Part shown: positions 26,939-37,479 of the stretch, piece by piece
Position numbering within the stretch: the first letter of the stretch is position 1
How the letters are laid out: each line of letters opens with the position of its first letter
Assembly (NCBI GenBank): GCA_963664115.2
Contig: CAXWPJ010000009.1
Span: forward strand, 928,001-992,000
Direction: 5' to 3'
Length of the DNA stretch: 64,000 nt
From: Terriglobia bacterium
GTDB taxonomy: Bacteria > Acidobacteriota > Terriglobia > 20CM-2-55-15
Notes under the pieces: generated by a model
What the model saw: only the letters and a program-made list of their open reading frames with translations
Databases searched by the model: none
What the model was told of the DNA's origin: nothing
Position numbers and translations under genes: made by a program

Positions 26939-28408
26939 TCATAGCGGAAATGGAAGCAGCTGGTCGGCAAGATAGAACACGAGCAGCGAGACCACAGGGA
27001 TTACCAGCACAGTAATTGCGACGCCTCCCTTCACCATCGTTCCCATTCGCACGTACCCGCTGGCGAACACCATTGCGTTGTAGGGTGTGCCGACCGGCAG
27101 CGGAAACGCCATCGAAGCGGCGACACCCACGGCCACCAGCAGCGCTATGGGATTAATACCCGTCGAGGCCCCCATGCCCTGGACCAACGCTCCAACCATG
27201 CTCACCGCCGCGATATTCGAAACAAAACTGGTCATCACTGCAGTGAACGTCACGACTCCAAACACGAAAATGAGCTGTGAACCCGCTGACGCACTGAAGG
27301 AAGTGATGCCTTCTTCTAAGAACTGGCCGAGCCCAAGCGTTCTGTTTGCTAGGGTGTTTCCGAGGGCGAGAGCCGCCGCAATCAGGGCCAGTGTGCCCCA
27401 TTCCACGCCTTTGACGGCTTCATCCCAGGTCATCACAAACTTGCGGTTCTTCCAGTCCACCGGAAGCAGGAAAAGGGAAGTCGCCATGATGAGAGCGGTC
27501 ACGGACCAATCCAGGTGCGTTGTTACCCAGGCACTCACGGGGTGTAGTCGACCACCCGCCAGGAAAAGCGGAAGTACATCCGGCAGCAACCAGAGGAACA
27601 TCGCAGTGAGGAACACGATCGCTGAAAGCTTTTCCCCGCGGTTCCATGGGCCGAGCTTTTTCAACTCTTCCTGCATAAATGAAGCAGACAGCCACCGTTC
27701 GGGTTTCTCGGGACGCAGGACGTAGCGGATCACGACGAACATCGCCATCAATCCGATGATGGTCATCGGAACGCAGATCATCATCCATTGCAGAAAGCCA
27801 ATGCGATATCCCATTGAGTTGGCAACGCCAATCGCGATCAAATTCGTCGGTGCACCGATCGGCGTCGCGATTCCCCCCATCGTTGCGCCCCAGGCGATTG
27901 AAAGGAACAGAACCTCGGGGTAGCGGGTGCCTGGCTCCAAATCGAGCGACTTAACCAGCCCGAGAGCAATAGAAAGAAAGACCACCGTTGTGATCACATT
28001 CGACAAAACCGGGCTCATTATGGCGGCGCCAATACCGAAAACCATCAGGAGCCGCCACGGATTTCCAGCGACCAGGGAAGAGCCCGCCATATGGTAGGCA
28101 ATTCTGCGCGCAAGCCCGTGGAGAGTCACGGCGTGGCCGATGATGAATGCTCCGAGGAGAAATATAACGATCCAGTTGGACCAGGTACTAAACGCCGACT
28201 GAACTGGAAGGACCCCACAGAGGACAAGCATCGCCAAGGCGAAAAACGATGTGGCCGGAATCGGAATCGCTTCTGTGAACCACCAGGTGGCGGTCCAGAG
28301 AAAGATCCCCAGAGTGCGCATGCCTATTTCTGTCACGCCCTCCAGGGGAGGGGACAAGACCGATACAGTAAACAGCAAAGGGCCAATCCAGAGCCCGATC
28401 ACCTTCAT
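26939..28408 (-). CDS. SLC13/DASS sodium:anion symporter
   Basis: EAIP, SN, GG..TPIG.P.N, F.LPVGTP.NA; multiple TM helices. Confidence 0.92.
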   Translation of the reverse strand: MKVIGLWIGPLLFTVSVLSPPLEGVTEIGMRTLGIFLWTATWWFTEAIPIPATSFFALAMLVLCGVLPVQSAFSTWSNWIVIFLLGAFIIGHAVTLHGLARRIAYHMAGSSLVAGNPWRLLMVFGIGAAIMSPVLSNVITTVVFLSIALGLVKSLDLEPGTRYPEVLFLSIAWGATMGGIATPIGAPTNLIAIGVANSMGYRIGFLQWMMICVPMTIIGLMAMFVVIRYVLRPEKPERWLSASFMQEELKKLGPWNRGEKLSAIVFLTAMFLWLLPDVLPLFLAGGRLHPVSAWVTTHLDWSVTALIMATSLFLLPVDWKNRKFVMTWDEAVKGVEWGTLALIAAALALGNTLANRTLGLGQFLEEGITSFSASAGSQLIFVFGVVTFTAVMTSFVSNIAAVSMVGALVQGMGASTGINPIALLVAVGVAASMAFPLPVGTPYNAMVFASGYVRMGTMVKGGVAITVLVIPVVSLLVFYLADQLLPFPL

Positions 28409-28564
28409 GCGCTTCTCCAGTTCGACTCTAGTGAGTCTGGTGCAGATTCCACGCCGCCCTTCATCTTCACGAAGAGCGGCGTTTCATATTTTAAATCGGG
28501 TTTTCGAGAGGGCCCTCACCCGCATTGGGCTCCGGCCGAATCGGACTTCAGTTGGAATTGACCT

Positions 28565-29443
28565 CTACGAACCGACTGCCACTGCATCGCGAAATGTATC
28601 GTTGTATCCATCAACCTCGTTTATCGGCGCGCAGATTCCTTCCGTGATTCCCGCAAACAGCCCTTCCCATCCAGAAAAGGTGTAGGCTTCGGGCGGCAGT
28701 CGTTCGAATGACTTCGTGTTTCCCACCCAGGTAGACGTATAGTACTCGGGGTCATCGAGCGTGAGTTGAAGCTCTAGGGTGTCGGAGTCAACACGTGTGT
28801 ACCGCTCTTCGATCCGGGCGTGGAAACTTTTCGGATGCCCAACGTTTTCGTCGAGCCAGGCTCTGGGTTCGAGACCGACCGTATTGACGACGAGCGTATC
28901 GCCCTGCCACTCGCCAACCGAGTGACCATACCAAGCAGGGCCCAGGTTCTCGAGGTTCTCACCCGAGGGCAGTTCCCTCCCGTCCAGCCACAGTATGCGC
29001 ACTCTGTGTTCCCACTGGAAGAATTGGATCAGCCTGTCCTCGAGCTGAAGGAATTCGATGGGTTCGGAATCGAGAAGAAGCCTTGGAAAACCCACCGGGT
29101 TACACGTCTTTTCGGGATCGTTTGAAAGCGCGGGTAGCGATACTTGAGGGGCTGGAATATTCTCGCTCATCCGTGCCTGTCCCTCCGGCGTCAATGCAGG
29201 AGCAGTTTCGCTCGGGCCGATCAGACCGGTGTTGGTGCTGAGAAGCCAGAACCCGGACAAATCACGCGGATCGAACGAGTCCGCCGCCGTTTGCTGTCCT
29301 GGCGGTGGAGGCGTTGCCGTGCAGCTTATCAACGAGAACAACAGCACTGATACCACCACGCCCATCATGGAACGTACGCAACGATCTTGCACGCTTGAAC
29401 CCCTCAATTCTGATATTGGCTTTCCGTATTCTACGCTGGCCAC
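28565..29443 (-). CDS. DUF6152-partner family protein (copy 4), possible lipoprotein
   Basis: LISC lipobox-like; CNPVGFPR, WYGHSVGEW, ICAP; true start may be downstream. Confidence 0.87.
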   Translation of the reverse strand: MASVEYGKPISELRGSSVQDRCVRSMMGVVVSVLLFSLISCTATPPPPGQQTAADSFDPRDLSGFWLLSTNTGLIGPSETAPALTPEGQARMSENIPAPQVSLPALSNDPEKTCNPVGFPRLLLDSEPIEFLQLEDRLIQFFQWEHRVRILWLDGRELPSGENLENLGPAWYGHSVGEWQGDTLVVNTVGLEPRAWLDENVGHPKSFHARIEERYTRVDSDTLELQLTLDDPEYYTSTWVGNTKSFERLPPEAYTFSGWEGLFAGITEGICAPINEVDGYNDTFRDAVAVGS

Positions 29444-30183
29444 ATTTGACCCGCCGAGCTCACCTTAGCCGTGAGCGAGGAGTCTTTTTTGATTCACTTC
29501 CACGGCCATCTCTTAAGTTCAAGACTTCAGGAATGATTCTTGAGAATCCTCTATTGGCGATTTCGCAGTGATGCTATTTAAGCTTCCACCCGGACCACTG
29601 TCAACTACAAACCATTGCGAATCAACGACTGGAAACGGACATCTTTCGGAAGCAAACCAAACCTGAATGGGACGATGTCTTCGTTACCATCGTGGGGCTG
29701 ACTTTCTGATTCGCATGGTACGACAAATACGAACGCGACAAGAGCACAGCTACGGGTGCCTGTGGCTTTTCTGCGAGAACCTGGACACCCTATTGCGAGA
29801 AGCAGTTTGTTATTTGTCCTTCGTTCTGCGAATTCACGCGGAGGTGTGCGGTAAGCAGATCGAACTTCGGGCGCCGGTCTGCCGGCATTTGTTCTCTCTA
29901 GTTCCCCAGAACGTCCTCGAAGAGGCAGGGTAGTCCGACCCGGAGCCGATCTCAGAGCCGTGCCCCGCGCCTCCTAAAATTCAAAACGGCAATGCAGCCA
30001 GCGCCCGCAGGGCGGGAATGCAATTGTCCATAGCGTCATCCAATTGTATACTGACGTGGAAAAAGGATTCTTAATCGATAATACGCGCGGGCGAATGAAT
30101 GGTCAGCAGGCGAACCCTGCCCTATTTCGCTCACAGGGTGACTCCATGTGCTTTGCGCGGCCCAATCAGAGGACAACGACCTG

Positions 30184-31275
30184 ATGAAATTAGGAAATAG
30201 ACGAACGATTATTGGCGTCATGGTGGCGATCATCTGCCTGCTACCTTTTGGCTACGCGGGCGCACAGAATGGGCGCCAGATGGCGGAAGACGTCTGGCCT
30301 GGCATCGACCTTCTCAGGGGAATGCCGGCGGACGAATTCTGGGACATCATGGGGATGTTTGCCGCTTCCCTGGGGAAAGACTGCGTGGATTGCCATGCGC
30401 TGGCAGCCGTCGACAACTGGGAAGCGTTCGCGGAAGACACACCCATGCTTCGGACTGCGCGCGGCATGATTAATATGGTAAACGCGATCAACAGAGATAA
30501 CTTTGGAGGCCTGCAGTACGTGACGTGCTTCACCTGCCATCGTGGGACCTCCATACCCGAGATCATCCCGGAGTTGGCTCTGCAATACGGTGTCCCTGCA
30601 GAAAAGCCCAATGCAATGGAGTTCTTTCCGAGTCGTTTTGCGCCTTCCGCTGACGAACTTTTCGATACCTATTTCGAGACGATTGGTGGAATCGAGGCCT
30701 TGTCGGAACTCACCAGTTTTGTCGCAACGGGGACTTACGCGGGGTATGAGACAGGTCACCTGGATGTGCCTGTGGAAATCTATGCCGAACCGGGTCGACG
30801 CGTGACCGTTAAGAGTGACAACGTCCGATACTTTGATGGAACCGACGGATGGATTACCTCGGAGAATTTTCCAATCCCGGTAATGGAGTTATCAGGCGGA
30901 AATCTGGATGCCGCCAGATTGGAGGCTCTCCTGTCTTTTCCGGCCATGATTCGGGATTCCTTTAGCGATTGGCGGGTCGGCATCACCATTATCGATGATC
31001 TTGATGTCCCGGTCGTCCAGGGAACCCGCGACGGACAGCCTCCCGTAAATTTCTATTTTGGTGAATCGGGTCTGTTAGACCGAGTGGTCTACTGGAACCA
31101 GACGACGATGGGCTTCGTTCCGGTCCAGCTCGACTATTCGGATTACCGCGAGGTTTCTGGAATCCGGATGCCTTTTACTACGTTGATGTCCTGGACGACA
31201 GGGCAGATAACATATAACTTGACCGACGTGCAGACGAACGTCGCGATCGACGAAGCCAGATTCGCACGACCGTAG
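30184..31275 (+). CDS. Diheme cytochrome c (photosynthetic RC cytochrome-like N-domain) with beta-rich C-domain
   Basis: CVDCH and CFTCH; M...SLG..C..CH and AR.M..M...IN pattern. Confidence 0.85.
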   Translation: MKLGNRRTIIGVMVAIICLLPFGYAGAQNGRQMAEDVWPGIDLLRGMPADEFWDIMGMFAASLGKDCVDCHALAAVDNWEAFAEDTPMLRTARGMINMVNAINRDNFGGLQYVTCFTCHRGTSIPEIIPELALQYGVPAEKPNAMEFFPSRFAPSADELFDTYFETIGGIEALSELTSFVATGTYAGYETGHLDVPVEIYAEPGRRVTVKSDNVRYFDGTDGWITSENFPIPVMELSGGNLDAARLEALLSFPAMIRDSFSDWRVGITIIDDLDVPVVQGTRDGQPPVNFYFGESGLLDRVVYWNQTTMGFVPVQLDYSDYREVSGIRMPFTTLMSWTTGQITYNLTDVQTNVAIDEARFARP

Positions 31276-31706
31276 CCGAGCGGCCCGAAGTTTGGACAAG
31301 ACAAGCCGGTGACCGGGTTGCTTCGACACACACAACGCCTGCGCGGCCGATTTAAACCCGGTCGCGTGGGGGTTGCAGTTAGCGTTCCTTCCATTTGAGT
31401 GCATTCGATTTTGCATTCGATTTGAGTGCATTCGAATAGATACCTCGACCTTCCCCCTCGATGAGCGTTCATCTAATTAGCATGGGAAGCACGGGCCTTC
31501 GGCTGGTTCTCCCATTGCTTAGCGCACAAACATATCCTAACCTTGTGCGGTCATTGGCCGCACTACAGAATAGGTAAGAGCCTACTCCCGGGCAGATCTC
31601 TGGATTCGTTGGAGAGTCATTGCATCGGATAGCCGTTGCGGCTCCTCCCCGGGGCTGACCGTGCCGCTCAACTGACTCAAGTTTTGTCCGGCGATCCCCA
31701 AAACCT

Positions 31707-31736
31707 TTGACACCTTAACCGAGAGCCTTCTATCAT
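31707..31736 (+). promoter_or_regulatory. Sigma70-like promoter
   Basis: TTGACA-N18-TATCAT; a similar AAAACCTTGACA-N18-TAGGAT precedes the next DUF6152 gene near 33306. Confidence 0.5.
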
Positions 31737-31826
31737 GAGCAGCGTCCGGTCAAATGGATAATTCGCCGAAGCTTGGAGTGTGGGTGATGCAGGACTCCGG
31801 GGTTTCTCTGATCGGTAGGGGGGTAT

Positions 31827-32261
31827 ATGAAACGGATCTTGATCGCATTTGCTTTCATCTTAGTCGTGGGGCTGTCCCTGGGCGCGGGGCCGCTGTTTGC
31901 GCATCACGGCCGGGGTAATGCATACGATACGGACCAGGAATTGGAGATAAGGGGAGTTGTCACCGAGGTGTCGTGGCGGAATCCCCATATCACAATCTTT
32001 CTCGAATCGACGGATGGCGAAACCTGGGCCATCGAACACAGCAATATCAGTCAGTTGGCAAGGCTGGGTTACGGCCGGAATTCCCTTCGCGTAGGGACTG
32101 AGGTGACGGCTCGTTTCAATCCCGGCACCGACGGGAACAAGATCGGCCTGTGTCAGGGATTTATTCTTCCAGACGGCACGGAAATCTTTCTGCGGAGCCG
32201 GTTGCCAGACAGCCAGGCAAGGGGTGCGAGGGGTCTCCGGCCCGGCGAGGTAGTTGACTAG
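31827..32261 (+). CDS. DUF6152-like small exported protein (copy 5)
   Basis: PLFA|HHG, WRNPH. Confidence 0.88.
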   Translation: MKRILIAFAFILVVGLSLGAGPLFAHHGRGNAYDTDQELEIRGVVTEVSWRNPHITIFLESTDGETWAIEHSNISQLARLGYGRNSLRVGTEVTARFNPGTDGNKIGLCQGFILPDGTEIFLRSRLPDSQARGARGLRPGEVVD

Positions 32262-32322
32262 CGCGCCCGATTGACGATTTGAATAGGCGAGTCGAAAGGA
32301 ACCCGGCTGGGCTGTAAGGAGA

Positions 32323-33159
32323 GTGAGGATGAGAAGCTATACCCTCGGTGGCACCTGTCTTTTGGTTTGCGTCATGTTGTGGTCATTGGTATTCGCCGGC
32401 GGTGTTTCAGCCTTCGAGCCGGGTCAGGTGGTCACGGGCGAATCGGATCCCCGGGATTTATCAGGAATATATATCCGGCGCGGTGGAAACCGCGGCTTTG
32501 GCCCACGGGGTAGCATGCCTCCCCTGACCCCCGCGGGTGAGGCGGTGATGGCGACGAGAATTCCGTCGCCTGGTTACAGCCGCCACCCTCTTGCCCAGGA
32601 AATTGACGATCAGGCGCTTTCGAACGATCCTACCTTCGCATGTAATCCGAAAGGCTTTCCCCGGATTCTCCTGGATACAGCCCACGACTTTCATGAGGTC
32701 ATGATGCTTCCTGACAGAGTGTTGCAGGTCTGGCAGGAGGCACGGGTGATGCGCGAAATCTGGCTCGACGGTCGGGAAGTGCCCTCGGGTGAGAACCTTG
32801 AAAACCTCGGGCCGGCCTGGTATGGCCACTCGGTTGCGGAGTGGGAAGGCGACACGCTTGTCGTCAACACGGTGGGTTTCGACGATAGAGAATGGCTTGA
32901 TCAATACGGATTTCCCATCAGTTTCGAAGCGCGAATTGAAGAACGTTACACTAAGGTTGACGCCGAAACGATAGAGCTTCAGTTGACGCTTAACGATCCA
33001 ACGCACTATACGCGCGCATGGGTATCCGATACCAAGATGTGGAAAAAAGAGCCGCGCGAGAACGTGACCTGGTATGGATGGTACGGATTGTTCTCAGGCT
33101 TGGGCGAATTGCTCTGCGCGCCGGTGAACGCAAGCCCCATCAATCCGCGCGGCGGCTGA
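32323..33159 (+). CDS. DUF6152-partner family protein (copy 5)
   Basis: CNPKGFPR, WYGHSVAEW, LCAP. Confidence 0.88.
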   Translation: MRMRSYTLGGTCLLVCVMLWSLVFAGGVSAFEPGQVVTGESDPRDLSGIYIRRGGNRGFGPRGSMPPLTPAGEAVMATRIPSPGYSRHPLAQEIDDQALSNDPTFACNPKGFPRILLDTAHDFHEVMMLPDRVLQVWQEARVMREIWLDGREVPSGENLENLGPAWYGHSVAEWEGDTLVVNTVGFDDREWLDQYGFPISFEARIEERYTKVDAETIELQLTLNDPTHYTRAWVSDTKMWKKEPRENVTWYGWYGLFSGLGELLCAPVNASPINPRGG

Positions 33160-33533
33160 TTCCGGAATTGGGTGATGTGACCGGAGAGGCCACCCGGCGA
33201 CACGCGGTCAGTGGCGTTTTCAAGCAGGTTCCCAAGACTTCCGACACCCCGCGGTCGTAGGTCGCCTCTTCAAGGATAGACGCCACGACCGGACCCCGTA
33301 AAACCTTGACAGCTCGACTGGCAGAAGCTTAGGATCACTGAGAGAATTCCAGCTTTCTTTTATAGGTGCAGGGCAGGGCGATCGGCCATCAAGCGAGAAT
33401 GTTATAGCGTTGGAGCGAAGGCGGTTAAGAGGCGTCGAGAAGAGGCAGCATCGTCGATAAGCCCGTCGTTGACAGGCAGAAACCAGAGTTGGGAACTTAT
33501 CCGCTATTCGAATTTCACATTATGGAGAGAAGC

Positions 33534-33920
33534 ATGAAAAAATTTCTCACTTTCTTTGTCGTCGTTGCAACGCTGTCGATGGTTGCCGCGCCTGTGTTCG
33601 CGCACCACGGTCGTGGGCAGACCTATGCGATGGATGAGGAAATTACCTTGAAGGGCACGGTATCTGAAGTGATCTGGCGCAATCCCCACGTCTTATACTA
33701 TGTGGACGTAGAGGACGCCGACGGCAAAGTTGTCAATTGGGCCTTTGAGAACGGAGGCGTCAGCCAGTTGGCCCGGGAAGGCTATCACCGGAATACACTC
33801 ACGGTGGGGCAGGAAATTACTGCGGTTGTCCATCCGGCACGCAACGGTGCGCCGACGTCGATCGTCGTGAGGGTTATTCTCCCCGACGGCACCGAGATGA
33901 TGTGTCGCGAGTGTGACTAG
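33534..33920 (+). CDS. DUF6152-like small exported protein (copy 6)
   Basis: PVFA|HHG, WRNPH; C-terminal CxxC (CREC). Confidence 0.87.
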   Translation: MKKFLTFFVVVATLSMVAAPVFAHHGRGQTYAMDEEITLKGTVSEVIWRNPHVLYYVDVEDADGKVVNWAFENGGVSQLAREGYHRNTLTVGQEITAVVHPARNGAPTSIVVRVILPDGTEMMCRECD

Positions 33921-34071
33921 CTCAGGCTTCTGAGGGAATTGAATTCCTTTGTTGGAGGAGAGCTTTGTACCATGACGTATATTCTTCTGCTTCTCCGGCG
34001 ACCGTAAAAGTAAGCCTCACTGAAAACCCGTACTGCTTTCCGTCAGGCGGGTGAGGTGGGGGTCTCAACAC

Positions 34072-34106
34072 AAACGTCCTCGAACCCAGGCGGTTCGAGG
34101 ACGTTT
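34072..34106. terminator. Bidirectional intrinsic terminator
   Basis: AAACGTCCTCGAACC-CAGGC-GGTTCGAGGACGTTT between convergent genes. Confidence 0.7.
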
Positions 34107-34121
34107 CGTCATTTAATACTA

Positions 34122-34943
34122 CTATTCAGGGGCTGAAGGATCCCGAAATCGTTCGTTGTAGCCCACGACCTCGTTCATGGGAGCGCAGATGGACTCTGTG
34201 ACTCCTGAAATTATCCCTGTCCACCCGAAAAAAGTGTAGTTCTCAGGCGGTTGGCGCGTGAAGACTCTCCGGGTAGCTTCCCATGGAGCGGTATAGTTCT
34301 CCGGGTCGTACAGGGTCATGAGAACTTCCAGGTTGTTGGCGTCGAGGAGCGTATAACGCTCTTCGATCCGTGCGCGTAAGCTTTTCGGATGCCCCGGCCT
34401 GTCGAGCCACGCTCTATCTTCGAGACCTGTAGTGTTGACGACAAGCGTGTTGCCTTCCCACTCACCCACTGAATGGCCGTACCAGGCTGGCCCTAGATTT
34501 TCCAGGTTCTCGCCCGAAGGCAGCTCTCGTCCGTCCAGCCAGATGTAGCGGAGCCGTCCTTCCCACTGGAAGACCTGGATCAGCCTGTCTTCAAGCTGCA
34601 TTATTTCCGTCGGCTCGGCGTCAAAAAATAGCTTTGGAAAGCCAGCCGGATTGCATTGGTATTCAGGGTCGTTCGAAAGATGCGGGTAGTCGACCGATCG
34701 TGGAGGAATGCGTCCACTCATAATTTCCTCGGCCTGCGCCGTCAGAGGCGGTCGAGTATCCGGGCCCCAGCCTGAAAACGCGTTCGTCCCTTCGGTTAAC
34801 ATCCACACTCCTGAGAAATCATGCGCATCATATTGGCCCGAACCCTGCGGTTCGGATGCCGTGCCGGCCACTGTGAACACGGCCAAGGCACAAAAGAGCG
34901 CCAGCCCCAAGGCAGTTACTAATCTGAAGAAGTAATTTTGCAT
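34122..34943 (-). CDS. DUF6152-partner family protein (copy 6)
   Basis: CNPAGFPK, WYGHSVGEW, ICAP. Confidence 0.88.
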   Translation of the reverse strand: MQNYFFRLVTALGLALFCALAVFTVAGTASEPQGSGQYDAHDFSGVWMLTEGTNAFSGWGPDTRPPLTAQAEEIMSGRIPPRSVDYPHLSNDPEYQCNPAGFPKLFFDAEPTEIMQLEDRLIQVFQWEGRLRYIWLDGRELPSGENLENLGPAWYGHSVGEWEGNTLVVNTTGLEDRAWLDRPGHPKSLRARIEERYTLLDANNLEVLMTLYDPENYTAPWEATRRVFTRQPPENYTFFGWTGIISGVTESICAPMNEVVGYNERFRDPSAPE

Positions 34944-35561
34944 TTGTTGAGATTCCTTGAACGGATGTTTGATCTTAATTGAGAAGAGGCAGGAGCGGTT
35001 CAAACTGGGAGGGCTTTAGCTCTCTTCACTTACCATTTTAGAGCGCCATTCGGCATTGTAGGGCCCACTATGCGGACGGTATATGATTACTCACCCCTAG
35101 ACCGGGTCAATGCTAATGGCATTGAAATCTTCTGCGTTCTGCGGCGCACGGATCGCCTGGGTGTCGCCATTGATACATCGTTACGTGGATCCAATTTCAC
35201 TGATTCTGTCCCAACGATAAGCTGCGATAATCTAGGTGTCAAACAATTTGCCGGGGCTGTTGGGCGACCATGCGGGCCGCGGGTCCCCAGCGGCAAAACT
35301 GTAGGCTTGGCGTAAAGACGGCCAGTGTCACTGGACCGGTTCGATTAATCTCAAAACGCTTCAACCCTCCGGCGGTCCTCCTATCGGCCCCTTCGCCTTG
35401 ATGATGAAAGGGGCAAAGGTCGTTCAGCCCCACGCTTTTAAGGCGACAGAGACGGTCGGCGGCATGAACGACCACGCAGTTTCTAAAGGGGGCCAATACA
35501 GGGCGTTCAACCAGGCTTGGCCGAATCATGGTATTCGCGGATAATGTCTGACTATACTAGC

Positions 35562-37408
35562 CCCAAAACAAGCGCATAACCAGTCCGCCGAGGCCCAGTT
35601 CGCGCCGATAGAATTCGAGGCATAGAATCCCGTTCCCGGATGGCCTGTTCCAGGTATCGAGTTTCTGTTGAATCTGTTTCAGTTCAGCCTCGCTGGTGTT
35701 GGACGGTTGACAGAAACCGGGACCTCGATCGCCCGGGCTCAGAGTCATGATCGGGTCAACATCGCAGAGGCTGACGCAACACATCCACCCCGCGGAACAA
35801 GACCGGCAACCACCGGTTCCAGGCCAGGATCCGGAACAGAATGCGCCGCCCGGTGCGCACGAGTTGGCACGGCACAAGCATGAAAGCGTTCAAGAAGGTT
35901 TTGAACTCCATGCGCAGCACGGTTTGCTTCTCAGCCTGATATTTTTGGCCCCAACGTCCGGTTTCGGGAAGCAGCAATGCAAACCACGCTTTCAGTGTCC
36001 AGGCCAGTGACGCGATCACCATGTAGGCCCAGTTGCTGGTCTGATCTCCGACCGGCATCCGCAACGCCTGAACGCCGTTCTTCAACTGCTCAATGAGATT
36101 CTCCTGATTGCACCGTTGATTGGCACGCATCACAATCTGGTCGGCCGGATCCGAACGGTTGGTAATGTAGAAGAAGTACCGGATGTCGTCAAACAACACC
36201 TGCTCTCCTTTGGCCACCGACAGATTCTTCCGCACCACGACGACACGGTAGTCCCGATCGCAGGCTCCGGGTCGATACCGAAACTCGGCCACATCCTCAC
36301 CCTGCAAGCGGATATTGTCGAAACCGCGCTGCCGAACGATCTCTTCCTTCACGTTGTCGGGACGTTGGCGCGGTTCGGTCGCCACGTCGTATTTCGCGGG
36401 CCGTTCCAGGCGCTTCCACTGGCGCGGCTCCAGTTCATCGGCCCGGGCCTTCAGGTTCGCCATCGCGTCAATCCCGAATATGAAACCCACCTGCTGGTCG
36501 TCCCATCCGTCCAGATGCCGGGTCTGGCTGAAGTCCGTGTCCCCGCGCAGCAGGATCTGGCGAAACCCCGCATGCCGGCACAATGCGATGGCTTGGTCGA
36601 ACCGGACCGCGGCTCCTTCATGCGACGGCCGGTTGCCGCTACGATTGACCAGATACAGCGGTTCGGCGGTGTTGGCCAGCGAGATCATCAGCGGGTGATA
36701 TCCCCACGTCCCGTCGTAGGCCACGTCCATCCCTTGCTTGCATTCCCCCGTGGTTTCGGCCAGTGTCCCGTCCGCGTCCAACACCGCTTCTTCGAAAAAC
36801 GCCGCCGGTTGCTGTCGCCAGACTCCGAGCCGGACTTGATTGGTTGCCTCCATCAGACACTCCACGTCGTCGGCCTCGAATCTCCGGCAGAAGTCTCCCG
36901 CCGTCGTCGGATCCGGAATCCGTTGCGCTCCCAGCGCATCCAGATACACCGCATCGTTGCGCCGCAGTTCGATGTCTTCCAGGCACGTTCCTCCGCTCAA
37001 GGCGTTGTAGGCGATGTTCAGCACGTGATCCGACTCGTGATACGGCAGGTGCCGCTTCAACACATGCACGCCCTTGTCGATGGCTTCGATCAGCCCGGTC
37101 CGCCGCGCCACCAGTTGCATCGTCCCGATACCACCAACCGATGTGCCCCGCGTCCGCTCTCCCATCTCGTACTGAATGTTGCTCGCCGAAAACATCGGCT
37201 CTACCTGATCCGTCCAATGCCGGTCCCCAAGCCGACGTTCGATTCGCCGCTTGCGGTTCCTCATGTTCTTGCGCGTATAATCGTTCATCTGAAATGCCTC
37301 CTTTTCCGAAGAATCTGTTCAAGGTTTTTTTCGCACGGAGAGGGGGCATTTCGGGTACTTCCGCTCTTATTGCACTATCATTTCCTCGTCAATCACGCTT
37401 GTTCAGGG
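35562..37408 (-). mobile_element. IS1380-family element, copy 2 (1847 bp)
   Basis: Near-identical to copy 1; 6-bp TSD ACTAGC. Confidence 0.93.
35756..37288 (-). CDS. IS1380-family transposase
   Basis: One amino-acid difference (R/L) from copy 1. Confidence 0.92.
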   Translation of the reverse strand: MNDYTRKNMRNRKRRIERRLGDRHWTDQVEPMFSASNIQYEMGERTRGTSVGGIGTMQLVARRTGLIEAIDKGVHVLKRHLPYHESDHVLNIAYNALSGGTCLEDIELRRNDAVYLDALGAQRIPDPTTAGDFCRRFEADDVECLMEATNQVRLGVWRQQPAAFFEEAVLDADGTLAETTGECKQGMDVAYDGTWGYHPLMISLANTAEPLYLVNRSGNRPSHEGAAVRFDQAIALCRHAGFRQILLRGDTDFSQTRHLDGWDDQQVGFIFGIDAMANLKARADELEPRQWKRLERPAKYDVATEPRQRPDNVKEEIVRQRGFDNIRLQGEDVAEFRYRPGACDRDYRVVVVRKNLSVAKGEQVLFDDIRYFFYITNRSDPADQIVMRANQRCNQENLIEQLKNGVQALRMPVGDQTSNWAYMVIASLAWTLKAWFALLLPETGRWGQKYQAEKQTVLRMEFKTFLNAFMLVPCQLVRTGRRILFRILAWNRWLPVLFRGVDVLRQPLRC

Positions 37409-37479
37409 ACTAGCGGGAATTCGAACCGACATTATTGGGTCTATCTCGGAAAGCCTGACGGACCTTGGGAGAACCGAAC

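Noticed and set aside
29513-29547. Tenth copy of the dispersed site
   Set aside because: Only the outer ends (AAGTTCAAG...TTGAGAAT) match; too degenerate to list as a feature
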